A DNA stretch of 64,000 bases from a virus (IMGVR_UViG_2756170314_000001:20614-84613), one strand, 5' to 3'. Shown: positions 1 to 10,522, numbered from the stretch's first letter. Numbers and translations are program-made. Notes: a model not told the origin generated them from the sequence alone.

Positions 1-97
1 AGAGTAAAGCTTATTAATCTCTCTATATTTATTATAACATTTTATGTAAGAAAATAAATAAAAAGTGAGCGAAAAAGCCCACTTTTTCAATAAAAAA

Positions 98-685
98 TTA
101 AATAATTTTTTCATCATTGTAATAGTGATCAGAACATAACGCAAGATAATAACTCTTTTCTTCTACAAATGTTTCTCCAGATCGAGAGACTTTTCCATCA
201 ACAATTCGAGCATTATACTGAGCTATCTTAGAGCACTTAGAAGCTTCGCAACCTCTTGAGATTCGGTTTATGTTTTCGGAGGGTAGGATGGTTAAAAGGT
301 GACTAGATGAGTCAAATAACTCTCCTGTGAAGGTTAGATCAAGACCATAAAAATGAATAGGTACGTGGTAGCTTTCTGATAATGAAACAAATTCTTCAAC
401 GGTTTCTTTAGGAAGAAATTGAGATTCATCAATATAAATTGTTTGGGTATTTGTCATGAATATAATGATTTCTAATAAAGAAATATTTTGTTTGAATTGA
501 TCCTTGTTTAAGTTAATTGATCTTAGGCTGCGTCCATCTCTACTTTCAATTTTTCCTCTTGAAAAAGTATCTTCGGTTAAACTAACTGAAAGGGCAACTT
601 TTTCTTTAGGATCAATTAAGTAATCATCTATTAACTTTTTAGACTTTCCAGAACCCATTAAACCAGTATTAAAAGTTATATCCAT
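98..685 (-). CDS. tdk: Thymidine kinase
   Basis: GLMGSGKS P-loop, IDESQF, YGLDLTF, C-terminal Zn cysteines. Confidence 0.85.
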   Translation of the reverse strand: MDITFNTGLMGSGKSKKLIDDYLIDPKEKVALSVSLTEDTFSRGKIESRDGRSLRSINLNKDQFKQNISLLEIIIFMTNTQTIYIDESQFLPKETVEEFVSLSESYHVPIHFYGLDLTFTGELFDSSSHLLTILPSENINRISRGCEASKCSKIAQYNARIVDGKVSRSGETFVEEKSYYLALCSDHYYNDEKII

Positions 686-722
686 AGATAAAGTCCTCCA
701 TTGTAAGATTTAACTTTGTAAT

Positions 723-748
723 TATATCCGTACAATAGAGAACGTAAA
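723..748 (-). promoter_or_regulatory. SigN-type promoter upstream of tdk
   Basis: TTTACG-N14-GATATA on minus strand. Confidence 0.8.
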
Positions 749-802
749 TGAAAAGACCAAAAAAGGTCCAGCTTAATAGCTGAACCCTTAATTAAAAACT
801 TA

Positions 803-1018
803 TTAGATTAAGATTGAAACTTTACGGAATGCTTCTTTGCTAGCACATGCTACAGGTTTATTCTTGATTTCTTCTTCAGAAAAATCATACTTAATATTTT
901 CTAACATGCTTTCATAATCAATAGAAGAAGGATCAATTTCAACTCCAAAATCTTCTTTAGCCATCTCAATAGCTTTTAGAGTTTCTTCTTTAAGCAATTC
1001 GATAGTAAGTTTTTTCAT
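803..1018 (-). CDS. Hypothetical protein (71 aa)
   Basis: GAGGG RBS and upstream TGTACA-N17-TATAAT. Confidence 0.65.
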   Translation of the reverse strand: MKKLTIELLKEETLKAIEMAKEDFGVEIDPSSIDYESMLENIKYDFSEEEIKNKPVACASKEAFRKVSILI

Positions 1019-1135
1019 GGTTAATTCCCTCTTTCTTAGTAGTTGATTTGTTATTTATCTCTCTTACATTATTAATTATACCATATATTGGAAGTTCTGT
1101 ACATAAAAAATACGGAATTTAGGTAAAAATTTAAT

Positions 1136-1160
1136 AAAGACAGCCTTTTGGCTGTCTTTA
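1136..1160. terminator. Intrinsic terminator of alf operon
   Basis: AAAGACAGCC-TTTT-GGCTGTCTTT hairpin. Confidence 0.7.
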
Positions 1161-1313
1161 TTCTTCGTTCCTAATTATCCTATCTATCTTGTGAACTGTC
1201 TCATACAACTCTTTTTCAAGTTCCGGAACAGGACCATCCTTTATAAAACTATAAGACCTCATAATGAGATCTTGAATCTCGAGTAAGTCTTTTTCTTTAA
1301 TTTCAATTTTCAT
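1158..1313 (-). CDS. 51-aa third gene of alf operon (AlfC-like), not in ORF track
   Basis: MKIEIKEKDLLEIQ...RNEE; ATGA overlap with alfB stop; GGAGG RBS. Confidence 0.65.
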   Translation of the reverse strand: MKIEIKEKDLLEIQDLIMRSYSFIKDGPVPELEKELYETVHKIDRIIRNEE

Positions 1314-1591
1314 AAGAACCCTCCTGAATCATCTGGTAACTCAATTGTTTCAATTTTTGCTTTAGAAGGCTTTGGAGGATCGTTTTGGACTTCTTGATCA
1401 ACTGTTTCATATACCGGAGTTGAACGAACAACCCCTCCTCGTTTTTCTTCAAGGTCTTTCTGAATCAATTCTCTTAAATACCAAGCAATCCCTCCGGTTC
1501 GGTTCTTAGCGTCCTCAAGAGCTTTACAAATTTCAGGGTACTTCTTCTTATTCCAATTGATCTGATACATGAAGTTATCTTCGCGACTCAC
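1310..1591 (-). CDS. alfB: Partition adaptor, ribbon-helix-helix DNA-binding protein AlfB
   Basis: 93 aa, coupled to alfA, YLRELIQKDL RHH-like segment. Confidence 0.85.
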   Translation of the reverse strand: MSREDNFMYQINWNKKKYPEICKALEDAKNRTGGIAWYLRELIQKDLEEKRGGVVRSTPVYETVDQEVQNDPPKPSKAKIETIELPDDSGGFL

Positions 1592-2415
1592 GCAAACATC
1601 TCCTCAAACTTCCTACCGTATTTTAGAAGCAATCCAACTGAATTAACGTAGTAAGATGGTTTATCCTCACCCAGTTCGGCAGAACTTACAGTGGAATATC
1701 CAACATTCTCTAAGCATTCTTTCATTTCTTCTGCTTTACCACCTGTACAAACAATAGGGTAGTCATAATCGATATTGCTGCAAGTCTTAGCAAAAGTCTT
1801 CGCCAAATCCATTATTGAATTGTCGATCGTCCCACCATTAATAGTATGGCTATCCATTTTACTTATAGACCCATTGATTAAATAAAGGACGTTTAATGTC
1901 TTAGAACCAGCATCTACAATGACGCAGTTTAATGAATCTGAGAAGTTTAGGGCTCCTAATCCCTCTGCAGCCATCACGATATTATGTACAGTGAATTTGA
2001 ATGACTTTCCTTCAACGATAACTTCTCTTTCTCCTTCAAAATGTTGAACGAAATATTTTTTATCTGTAACCATACTTTCATATGGGCAAGTTAGAATTAA
2101 GTTAAATTCTTTCTTTCCAGTCTCTTTAAAGATTGTATAGAGAGCATATACTAATCGAATTTGACCTTCCATATGGCCTTTTCTTGTATTGCCGAAATAC
2201 ATTTGTTCTTCACGGCCGAAATAGAAGTTCTTAACGGTTTCTCCAACATAATAATCAAGGCCGTTGTACTCTACTCTTTCCATTCCCTCGTAATCTTCTA
2301 AAGGCTTGTAGCTATGGAGAATAGAAGGGAAACTGCCGACCTTAATTTGTTTTTTGTCCTTATAAGCGTACTTCGTACTAAAATTCCCAATATCAATTAC
2401 AGTAGTTAGTGTCAA
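1588..2415 (-). CDS. alfA: Actin-like plasmid segregation ATPase AlfA
   Basis: IDIGNFSTK and VDAGSKT phosphate loops, TGG motif, 275 aa as recalled for AlfA. Confidence 0.92.
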   Translation of the reverse strand: MTLTTVIDIGNFSTKYAYKDKKQIKVGSFPSILHSYKPLEDYEGMERVEYNGLDYYVGETVKNFYFGREEQMYFGNTRKGHMEGQIRLVYALYTIFKETGKKEFNLILTCPYESMVTDKKYFVQHFEGEREVIVEGKSFKFTVHNIVMAAEGLGALNFSDSLNCVIVDAGSKTLNVLYLINGSISKMDSHTINGGTIDNSIMDLAKTFAKTCSNIDYDYPIVCTGGKAEEMKECLENVGYSTVSSAELGEDKPSYYVNSVGLLLKYGRKFEEMFA

Positions 2416-2458
2416 GTTAAAGCATCTCCTTAGTTTTCTTTAGTTGGAACTCATTTCA

Positions 2459-2514
2459 ATTATAATGGAAAGTTATTCATACGTAAATAATTTTTTAAAT
2501 AAACTCTTAAATAA
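2459..2514 (-). promoter_or_regulatory. alfA SigA promoter with overlapping centromere-like repeats (parN)
   Basis: TTTACG-N17-TATAAT; TAAATAA at 2484, 2496, 2508 (12-bp period). Confidence 0.65.
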
Positions 2515-2967
2515 ATTATTATCTAATCGCAAAATGAAAAAATGAACAGAAAAAATATTTTTTTTAATTCTTGACTAATTTAAAGAAAACCCTTTTATTT
2601 TTATTTCCCTTAACTTATAATGGACTTTGAATAGGATTTGGTCCATTTGTAGGATATTGTAAAAATTCGAAAAGTTGGTAATGTTTCTAAACTTCGTTTT
2701 AAAAATTTTACGAGGAAATAACATTAATTTAACGATTTTCGGATGTTTGTGTCCTATTCGTTTGTGTTATATATAATAATAAATAAAGATAATTAGTGAG
2801 CTTTAAGCAGAATCACTTTGGTTCTGTGGTAAGTTCTTACAAAAATTATAAATTATCGAAGAAATGCTATTTATTACCACTTCGTGTTATGTTATAATAA
2901 TTAAAGCAAAATAAAAAGCCCTACCTTGTTGGCAGCAAGGTAAGACTTTGAATAAGATCTTTTTATG

Positions 2968-3567
2968 TTAAGCGATCTCAAGGTATTCTTTGGCGATAAC
3001 AGAACGTAATTTTTTCTTAAGCTTTATGACTCTCTGGTTGGCAGCCTGACGAGTCAAACCATGCTTTTTAGCATAAGCATTAACAGGATTATTTTTTACG
3101 TCAATAATAATTTTAAGTAAGTCCATTTCGTCTTCTTTGACGTTTTTCAAAATGATTGAAAGAAGTTCGTTAGTGGCAATGTTATCAAAAGATGTGTCGT
3201 TGGCAGCGAGCATATCTTCTATCTTGAGATCGTCATCACCTATTGGTGAAGATATTGAAAAGACTCCATTGCTTTGATTCTTTTGAGCATAACGGGAATA
3301 TGTAGCATTTCTTACCCCTTTTCTTAACTTCGGGTACAGATATGTTGTGAAACAGTATCCTGTGTCTGAATCATACGCTTCGTAGGCCCTCCATAATTCA
3401 AGCTCCAACTCTTGCTGAAAATCTTCCTCTTCAACTTGATTAAACATGAACTTTGAATTAGCTTGTTTCATAGTCTTATAGACCATCGGCAAAAATCTTT
3501 CCCTCACCTCTTCAAATGTCATTTGAATTGATAATCCATTTGAAAATAAGATTTCTTTCTTCTTCAC
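2968..3567 (-). CDS. sigN: Alternative sigma factor SigN (ZpdN)
   Basis: Sigma70 region 2 (EEEDFQQELELELWRAYEAYD...FTTY) and region 4 HTH; autoregulatory promoter upstream. Confidence 0.88.
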   Translation of the reverse strand: MKKKEILFSNGLSIQMTFEEVRERFLPMVYKTMKQANSKFMFNQVEEEDFQQELELELWRAYEAYDSDTGYCFTTYLYPKLRKGVRNATYSRYAQKNQSNGVFSISSPIGDDDLKIEDMLAANDTSFDNIATNELLSIILKNVKEDEMDLLKIIIDVKNNPVNAYAKKHGLTRQAANQRVIKLKKKLRSVIAKEYLEIA

Positions 3568-3653
3568 TAAGTCTCGTCCTCTCTCTATATTGCTATTTCA
3601 TGTTGGTGGATACAAGTAAAACCAAAATTTCCATATCCATCAGACTTAATGAT

Positions 3654-3679
3654 TATATCTAGAGAAATAGAAACGTAAA
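3654..3679 (-). promoter_or_regulatory. SigN-dependent autoregulatory promoter of sigN
   Basis: TTTACG-N14-GATATA. Confidence 0.85.
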
Positions 3680-3922
3680 CGAAAAAAATATTATTTTTTT
3701 AACTTTTTGTTTGAGCCTTTTCACAGATTGGAAGTCTTCAGAATAGGTCTTTTTTGGTAGTACTTACAATAATTATTATATTACATAAGTACTAGATCGT
3801 ACACCTCTTTTTTTGATTATTCCCCATAGTCGAAGGATTATGAAAGTTTAGTTTGTTTTGTTGATATGACCTTTATTATGTTGACCGACACGTTAATATA
3901 ATATCATAATACGGTGATTGAG

Positions 3923-3936
3923 GGAACGTTTGTTCC
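3923..3936. promoter_or_regulatory. LexA (SOS) box upstream of sigN
   Basis: GGAACGTTTGTTCC fits GAAC-N4-GTTC. Confidence 0.75.
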
Positions 3937-4080
3937 TATTTTTTAGCGAATAAGAACGGATATATGAACATATAGACATGTAAGGCTCAAATGACCTTAT
4001 TTAACATAAAATATTCATTTTATGTATATCTTTAACTTAATAAATGATACCCCATCATTTAGCAAAAGAAAAGGAGGTAT

Positions 4081-4638
4081 TTACCTCCTTGCTAAACATT
4101 CCTTATTAGAAAGATTGAACTCTTGAACTACCCTATTGTCAATGATTCTCTTAAATATTGTACAATGGTCAGGTTTCTTCTTACATAGAGCACAGTTTTT
4201 GTCTTTGAAATCTTCAAGATCTTTTGGGCCATCGAAAACACCAATATTGGAAGCCTCATAAATCTCAAATTCCAGTCTCGGGTTTTGACTATCAATATAA
4301 ACCCTTTCTGCAACTGGTAGAGCCACATCGTCATCAAGATAAACGCCGGCTTCCGTAAAAACATCGAATGGGACCTTCAAGAAATTGTTTGGGTCTTTTC
4401 TCTTGCGATCTAAGAAAAACTTGATTTTTACAAACACTAACTTTCCTTTTTCAGGTTGTTCCCACTCTTGTTCATTCATTTGGTCTTTTACATAATCAGT
4501 AAAGAAGGATTTGTATATCTTAGTCTCTTCTGATGGATATGCCTGAACAAATTTACGCCGGCCATTTGAAGAGACTTTGTAACTTAGATAGTTGTTAACT
4601 GATGGTGGTAATGGTGAAACTAACCGTAGGCTCTTCAT
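4081..4638 (-). CDS. rusA: RusA-family Holliday junction resolvase
   Basis: PPSVN N-terminus, KDPNNFLK...D...LDDD motif. Confidence 0.85.
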   Translation of the reverse strand: MKSLRLVSPLPPSVNNYLSYKVSSNGRRKFVQAYPSEETKIYKSFFTDYVKDQMNEQEWEQPEKGKLVFVKIKFFLDRKRKDPNNFLKVPFDVFTEAGVYLDDDVALPVAERVYIDSQNPRLEFEIYEASNIGVFDGPKDLEDFKDKNCALCKKKPDHCTIFKRIIDNRVVQEFNLSNKECLARR

Positions 4639-5183
4639 TTAATGTCACCATTCATAATATTAAGAATGTCCTCGATAACCTGGTCCTTATCCACTGAAAC
4701 AATAGTGTAATCAACTTCAAGCTCGAATCCTTCAAAATCTCTTTCATCCGCAGCTAATCTTCTTAAAAGCTCGTCTGAGTTATCTTTTCTATTCAATCCC
4801 CTGGCTAATCGAACATCGTAAGGAGTCATTAAATAGATTCCCACAACATTGTTCGAACCGTATTTTTCAGTTAGATCGCGATAACCAGAAGGCTCTGTAA
4901 TCACGATTTGGTCTTCAAAGAGTTTTATATCTTGGCTATTGATTGCATAGCTCCAGATGTCTCCGAACGCACTTCTAAAGCTATTCTTTGCAACTAATAA
5001 ACCTGATTCATCAAGCCACTCAAAATAATCTTGAGTAACGAAATGATAATCAACCCCATCAATCTCATTTGGGCGTTTTGGACGAGTTGTATAGGATATA
5101 ACCGTTTGATGACCTTGACGGATTAATGTCTCTAATGCTGTTGTTTTGCCAGAACACGTTGATCCAAGTAGAACATATATCAT
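4635..5183 (-). CDS. gmk: Guanylate kinase
   Basis: GSTCSGKT, SYTTRPKRPNEIDGVDYHF. Confidence 0.88.
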   Translation of the reverse strand: MIYVLLGSTCSGKTTALETLIRQGHQTVISYTTRPKRPNEIDGVDYHFVTQDYFEWLDESGLLVAKNSFRSAFGDIWSYAINSQDIKLFEDQIVITEPSGYRDLTEKYGSNNVVGIYLMTPYDVRLARGLNRKDNSDELLRRLAADERDFEGFELEVDYTIVSVDKDQVIEDILNIMNGDIK

Positions 5184-5476
5184 GATTCCTCACCATTGTA
5201 ATTAGCAACGTAATCGAAAAAATTCATCACTTTAATTGATTCTTCAAGTTCTTTGCTGTTAAATGGGCCGTCGTAGTTTGCAATTCTATCGCCTTCCCTA
5301 TCAAAGAAAACCAATGTATGAGTCTTTTCAATTTCATATTCTTCAATTAGCTCAGGATGTTCGTCAATTGACACTTTCTCAAATTCGCTGCCTTGTAAAT
5401 CTGCTGCGTTTATTTGTCTTTCCAAGAAATCATTGAGTGGATCGTTCACTTTATATATCCAAATAACCTTAACCAT
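5180..5476 (-). CDS. Thioredoxin-fold protein lacking CxxC
   Basis: Trx-like pattern (SIDEHPELIEEYEI..TLVFF) without cysteines. Confidence 0.55.
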   Translation of the reverse strand: MVKVIWIYKVNDPLNDFLERQINAADLQGSEFEKVSIDEHPELIEEYEIEKTHTLVFFDREGDRIANYDGPFNSKELEESIKVMNFFDYVANYNGEES

Positions 5477-5523
5477 AGTGTATTCCTCCGATTAGTAGTT
5501 GAGTAAGGGATCCTCCGATCCCT

Positions 5524-5634
5524 TTATGAGTGTTTCATTAACTTGTAAATGAAGTAACCAATAAGAAAAATGATAAATAGGTTATAAGCTGTGATTAATG
5601 TACAAAATAAAGCAATAGCTAATACATACTTCAT
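5524..5634 (-). CDS. 36-aa hydrophobic membrane peptide
   Basis: MKYVLAIALFCTLITAYNLFIIFLIGYFIYKLMKHS, fills operon gap. Confidence 0.5.
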   Translation of the reverse strand: MKYVLAIALFCTLITAYNLFIIFLIGYFIYKLMKHS

Positions 5635-5635
5635 C

Positions 5636-5845
5636 TTATTGTTCAGTCACCACAAGGTCTTTATCTTTGTAGTACTCGACGGTAACTAAGACAATATAAT
5701 ATTCCACTTCTTTTTTAGTCTTCTTCGTGATCGTGTGGGATTTAAGGTATTCACCATGTTCCGCCTTCTGTTGGTCTACAATGGCTTCTGCAGCTACTTT
5801 AGTATCCGCAAAGTATTTAGTAGTGGTTTGCATAGTAGTTGTCAT
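5636..5845 (-). CDS. Hypothetical phage protein
   Basis: CGGAGG RBS, operon context. Confidence 0.7.
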   Translation of the reverse strand: MTTTMQTTTKYFADTKVAAEAIVDQQKAEHGEYLKSHTITKKTKKEVEYYIVLVTVEYYKDKDLVVTEQ

Positions 5846-5881
5846 ATTAATTTCCTCCGATTTATTTAATGATTTAAAGTA

Positions 5882-6013
5882 TTAAAATGAAAAGATATGA
5901 TGAAGGATCATATCTCCAAAATAGCCAAGAATAAAACCAAGACTGATCCATCCTAAACAAATCAGATAACCAATTGAATGAATTAAAAGTGTCTCTAAGA
6001 TTTTTTTGATCAC
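5882..6013 (-). CDS. 43-aa membrane peptide (GTG start)
   Basis: MIKKILETLLIHSIGYLICLGWISLGFILGYFG..., GGGGG RBS. Confidence 0.5.
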   Translation of the reverse strand: MIKKILETLLIHSIGYLICLGWISLGFILGYFGDMILHHIFSF

Positions 6014-6018
6014 TAAGT

Positions 6019-6393
6019 TTACCCCCGGACATAACCGAGTTTTGGATCCTCTTGCCGGCGATAATTCAACCGGTTCTTTTCTTTATACAATTTTAAAATT
6101 TCTTCCTCTGTCATTTGTGCAGCAATAAGAATATTTGTAAAGAAATGCAAAGCATCAATGATCTCTTCCTTAAATAGCTGCTGCTGTTTTTCAAGATCAT
6201 AATCTTCTTTTTCATACTTGCTGGACCATTCTTTAGCATAAGGAAGTTCATGAAGAGCTTCACTGAGTTCATCAATCGTCCAAAGCATCATAGTCTTGAT
6301 GTATGTGGCTTTTTCCTGAAGAGTCATGTTATCAAGGTCATAACCCATACGTTTTTGAAACTCTTTCTGACTATCAAGAATAAATTGATTCAT
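6019..6393 (-). CDS. All-alpha dimeric dUTPase/dCTPase (MazG-fold)
   Basis: DELSEALHE...EEIIDALHF...KNRLNYRRQ. Confidence 0.8.
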   Translation of the reverse strand: MNQFILDSQKEFQKRMGYDLDNMTLQEKATYIKTMMLWTIDELSEALHELPYAKEWSSKYEKEDYDLEKQQQLFKEEIIDALHFFTNILIAAQMTEEEILKLYKEKNRLNYRRQEDPKLGYVRG

Positions 6394-6474
6394 AGTAGTA
6401 GTTGAGTCCTTTCTCCGACTTAAATAATATTTTATTTATATTATTATTTAAGTTGTTATTTAATTCTTTATATT

Positions 6475-6500
6475 TATATCTGGTTATTGAAAAACGTAAA
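6475..6500 (-). promoter_or_regulatory. SigN-type promoter
   Basis: TTTACG-N14-GATATA. Confidence 0.8.
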
Positions 6501-6679
6501 TCATTTATTACATTATTTTTTAAATAAATTACTTATGACCGTCATGACTGAGGGTATTATATCGGTTATAACAGAAATGTAAATCATGACTGCGATATTT
6601 TGCATTTAGATGGTTGGTTATATTATTAAAGCAAACTAATTTCCTTGTAGAGCCCTGTAGAAGCAACAAAAGCCGCAGA

Positions 6680-9600
6680 TTACTCTGCGACTTTAGCCAT
6701 TTGAAGGTATAACTTCTCGGAGTCATAACCTTTGATTTTCATTGTGCTGTGCTTAAATTGAGTTCCTGTTGTCCGAAGGACGAATTCTTCTCCACGCCTA
6801 AAGCCAACCAGAACAAGTTTACTTCCTCGTTCGAACCAAGATGGATCAAGGACTTCTTTTTCTTTACCATGCACTCGAACGACCTTTTTATCATAGTGAG
6901 CAAACTGACCTTTAGAATATCTTACAGTTACAACGCCAGCATCTTGAGTTAGGACATGGACGAGAGACTTCTGCTTGTTTTTTTCAACTACAGTTCCAGC
7001 AATAACATCGATCTTGTATTGAGGGACATCATTTCCTCTTCTATTTTTTTTGTATCCAGTTATGACTGGGTTAGACGGCAGATCGTTAAAATTAGCAATA
7101 TTAAAGTAGTTGTGTAATGGCATGTAATCTAACTCATGCTTTTTAGAGTAGAATAGTAATGTTTCCATTTCCCAAGCTTCAATTGTTCCTTGGCAGTGTT
7201 TGGCCCAGAACTCTTTCATTTTAATCTTGTTAAATTGTTCAGCAGCTTCAGGAGAAGTAACCCACATTCTTAATGGCTCGATAATCTCTTTGTAAGCTTT
7301 ATCGAAGGTTTTCTGATCAACACAAAGTTTTCCGTCTTTAAATTCATAATCAACTTGATAAGGGTACGCTTGTAAGAAATCCATAAATTCTTGTTCGATT
7401 TCTCTTGTCATAGGGACTTTATTTCTTCCAAAAAGTTTATTTCTAAACTTATAGACTTCAAGCTCAGTTCCAAATCTTTGCTTATCAGCTAAGTGAATTA
7501 TGGTTGGTAGTTGGACCATTGTAAGCTTTTCTTTTTTAGGGGTAATTGCCTTAACAAAGTCGATCATTAAGAGTCGCCTGTTTGGATAAAAAGAATCAAA
7601 GCAACCAGCTTTTATTAACGAAACAACTTTAGCTTCAGAAATTAGACCAGGATCGACTATCTTCTTAAAGAAGTCCCCAAAGTTCTTATAAGGCCGATGT
7701 TCAATGATTTTTTCTATTGCATCTGTTCCTAAACCGGCAATCGGCTTGAGACCGAATAAGATCTTATTCTCTTCCTCTAAAGGTGTGAATTCTTTATTTG
7801 AAAGGTTAATGTCCGGGTTTAAAATATCACCTTTCATATCTCCAACAGCTTTAGCAATTGCACCGTATTTTGTGCCTTTCTCAGTTTCACCTATCATCCC
7901 CGCGTTAACTGATAAGCAAGCTGTCTTCCAATAAATCGCTCCATATCTATGGCAGATATTCATTTCAATCATTAAGATCATTGTGTACCCAGCAATATGA
8001 GGTAATGAGAAAGAGTATCCAAACTGAGGTTTAAGTTCTTTATTCCAAACATAGTCCAGGAATACTTTACGAGCCCCAGTTTTTTCTCCACCTTCATAAA
8101 ATTTAATTCTTTGATCTTCAATTAATTTTTGGTTTGCCTTTGCAACAGCTTTCCGGAATTTATTAGCTTGAGTTAGGCTGAACCCAGCAATTCTTTCATC
8201 CATAGCAAGCAACATTAGCCCTTCTTGAGTATCACAAATGCCATACCTATCAAGTAAATGTTCCTCAAGAATCTTAATTTCTTCCTCATTCAAACTGGCT
8301 GTTTTCATTTCTTCGTACCAATCTTGAATGTTGTTTTTGAAACGAACATATTTATCAAGTGGCTGCTCTCCATCAGTACTCAATCTCATTAAAGAGTTGC
8401 CAGCGCATAACTCATCAAAGGATCGAGGATTAATTTTAGTAAGTGCCTGCTGACCAACAGCTGTCTCAAATTGAAAAGCATTTAAAACATGACCTTTAAA
8501 TAGTAAATCGAACATTTTTGGTGATTCCATTTCAAGAACGTCTGGATGAAAATATTTATTGTAAGTTGCTCTCAATGACCCTTGCCATTCAATTTTCCCA
8601 TGTTCCAGAAGAAGATCTAAAGCTGTTCTAATTCTATCAAGAGCATTAATGGACAGATAATCTAATTTGAGCCCACCCATATAGATACTGTCTTCTGCGT
8701 CAAACTGAGTGATAGGCAGCCCAGAAGTTGTTTTCATCATGGCATTTTGTTTTATATATCCATCAGGGAAAATAATAACTCCTGAAGCATGTTGGCCACG
8801 TCCAGAAATTAATCCTTCAATAGAGAGCATTGCTTCTTTTAAACCTTCGTATTTATCAACTTCACGGCAAAATTCTTTTGCTGGTTTGGTTCCCTCTTTT
8901 GGGTTTCCGTAAAAACACTCGTGTAAGCTCCAGATGCCACCCTTACGAGTAGGAATTAGGTTAGCAATATTATGAGCAATATCTTTATCAATTCCTAATC
9001 CACGGCAAGAAGTTAAAACAGTTGAACGAGTACCTTCTGTTGTAAAAGTTCCCATGTTCAAGACGTTCTCTTCTCCATAGTGATCCTTTGTGATTTGAAT
9101 AATTTCATGACGCTTTGATCCTTCAGAATCCAAATCAATATCAGGTAATTCCGGCCGTTCTTTTGATAAGAACCTCCAATGAGGAAGATTAAATTTAATT
9201 GGATTCAGCTGGACAATGTCTAAAAGGTAATTCAGATAAAAGCAGCATGCAGATCCACGACTCACACCAACTAGCGAGACTTGCCACATCAAATCAACCA
9301 CATCTTTTGAAAGGACAAAATAAGATGAAAGTGGCTGACCAAGATTTTCAGTAATATGGTAAAGCTCATCAAGCTCAGTATTTATTCTTGAAAGGTTCTC
9401 TTTATTCAGATCTTGTTTCTTCGCAACCATACCTTCGGCAATTAAATGAAGATAATAACGATCGATGTCGTATCTGCTTTCAGCATATTTTCTAATGTAT
9501 TCGTATTCCATATAGTGAGGAACAAATAGTTGGCTCATTTCATATTTCGGAATATGAGCTTTCGGAACTTTAGTTTCTTGGGCAAATGTAATTGTTCCAA

Positions 9601-10522
9601 GTTTGGATCTTATCTCATTCGTATTATCAACAAGAACATCTAATAGTTCCTCGTCAAAGTACTCAAGCAATTCTTCATATCCCATAACGTAAGTTGTGGC
9701 GTAAAATTCATCAACTTCTCTCTCCCCTTCTGATGCTGTAAGGTATATTTTATGTGCCGGAGCATATTTTTTATTTAGATAATGGGCATCAGTAGAGACA
9801 ATACATTTAACGTTGTAAGCTTCCGACACTTTTAGCATCATTTCATTAGCTACTAATTGGTCACGGTTTTTTGATGGCTGCAGTTCAAAATAAAGATCTT
9901 CTCCAAAAACACCTTTTAACCAAACAATGAAATCATGTACTCGTTTTTTATTTTCAGGAGTAGGATTATCATGATATGAAATTAGAGACTGAGGAAGTTC
10001 TCCACCAACACAAGCTGTACAAGCAATAATTTCCCCTTGGTACTCCTGCATTAAAGACATTAATTCATCTTTGTACGTAGGAACACGTTCCATTCCACGG
10101 TAGAAGAAAGAGTTGTACCAAGCTTTAGAGCTAAGTTTTTTCAGACCTTCATATCCTTTTTGTGACTTGGCGATTAATATAAAGTGGTGGAAACTAATCT
10201 TTTGGTTTAATGATTTTTTCTCCATGGTATCTTCTTTATCAACCAGGTAAATTTCATTGCCGAACCCTAGTTTAAAATCTCCAAGACGCTCTTTATTCTC
10301 TTCAACATACTTATGAGCTTTTACATGGGATGATAAAGTTTCGTGATCTGTTATGACTACTCCACTCAATCCAATCTCATGGCAGTAATCAATCAATTCT
10401 TCTGGTTTATTAATCGCATCTCTTAGTCGAAAATTTGATGCATCAGTGTGTGAATGAGTTAAGAAAGGTTTTTTCTTATACTTTTCTATACTTCTATTGA
10501 TACTTCGTAGTAGTCGAGCCAT
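6680..10522 (-). CDS. dnaE: DNA polymerase III alpha subunit
   Basis: PHP HSH/TDH, SRGSA, PDIDLD, GQHASG, KLDYL. Confidence 0.95.
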   Translation of the reverse strand: MARLLRSINRSIEKYKKKPFLTHSHTDASNFRLRDAINKPEELIDYCHEIGLSGVVITDHETLSSHVKAHKYVEENKERLGDFKLGFGNEIYLVDKEDTMEKKSLNQKISFHHFILIAKSQKGYEGLKKLSSKAWYNSFFYRGMERVPTYKDELMSLMQEYQGEIIACTACVGGELPQSLISYHDNPTPENKKRVHDFIVWLKGVFGEDLYFELQPSKNRDQLVANEMMLKVSEAYNVKCIVSTDAHYLNKKYAPAHKIYLTASEGEREVDEFYATTYVMGYEELLEYFDEELLDVLVDNTNEIRSKLGTITFAQETKVPKAHIPKYEMSQLFVPHYMEYEYIRKYAESRYDIDRYYLHLIAEGMVAKKQDLNKENLSRINTELDELYHITENLGQPLSSYFVLSKDVVDLMWQVSLVGVSRGSACCFYLNYLLDIVQLNPIKFNLPHWRFLSKERPELPDIDLDSEGSKRHEIIQITKDHYGEENVLNMGTFTTEGTRSTVLTSCRGLGIDKDIAHNIANLIPTRKGGIWSLHECFYGNPKEGTKPAKEFCREVDKYEGLKEAMLSIEGLISGRGQHASGVIIFPDGYIKQNAMMKTTSGLPITQFDAEDSIYMGGLKLDYLSINALDRIRTALDLLLEHGKIEWQGSLRATYNKYFHPDVLEMESPKMFDLLFKGHVLNAFQFETAVGQQALTKINPRSFDELCAGNSLMRLSTDGEQPLDKYVRFKNNIQDWYEEMKTASLNEEEIKILEEHLLDRYGICDTQEGLMLLAMDERIAGFSLTQANKFRKAVAKANQKLIEDQRIKFYEGGEKTGARKVFLDYVWNKELKPQFGYSFSLPHIAGYTMILMIEMNICHRYGAIYWKTACLSVNAGMIGETEKGTKYGAIAKAVGDMKGDILNPDINLSNKEFTPLEEENKILFGLKPIAGLGTDAIEKIIEHRPYKNFGDFFKKIVDPGLISEAKVVSLIKAGCFDSFYPNRRLLMIDFVKAITPKKEKLTMVQLPTIIHLADKQRFGTELEVYKFRNKLFGRNKVPMTREIEQEFMDFLQAYPYQVDYEFKDGKLCVDQKTFDKAYKEIIEPLRMWVTSPEAAEQFNKIKMKEFWAKHCQGTIEAWEMETLLFYSKKHELDYMPLHNYFNIANFNDLPSNPVITGYKKNRRGNDVPQYKIDVIAGTVVEKNKQKSLVHVLTQDAGVVTVRYSKGQFAHYDKKVVRVHGKEKEVLDPSWFERGSKLVLVGFRRGEEFVLRTTGTQFKHSTMKIKGYDSEKLYLQMAKVAE

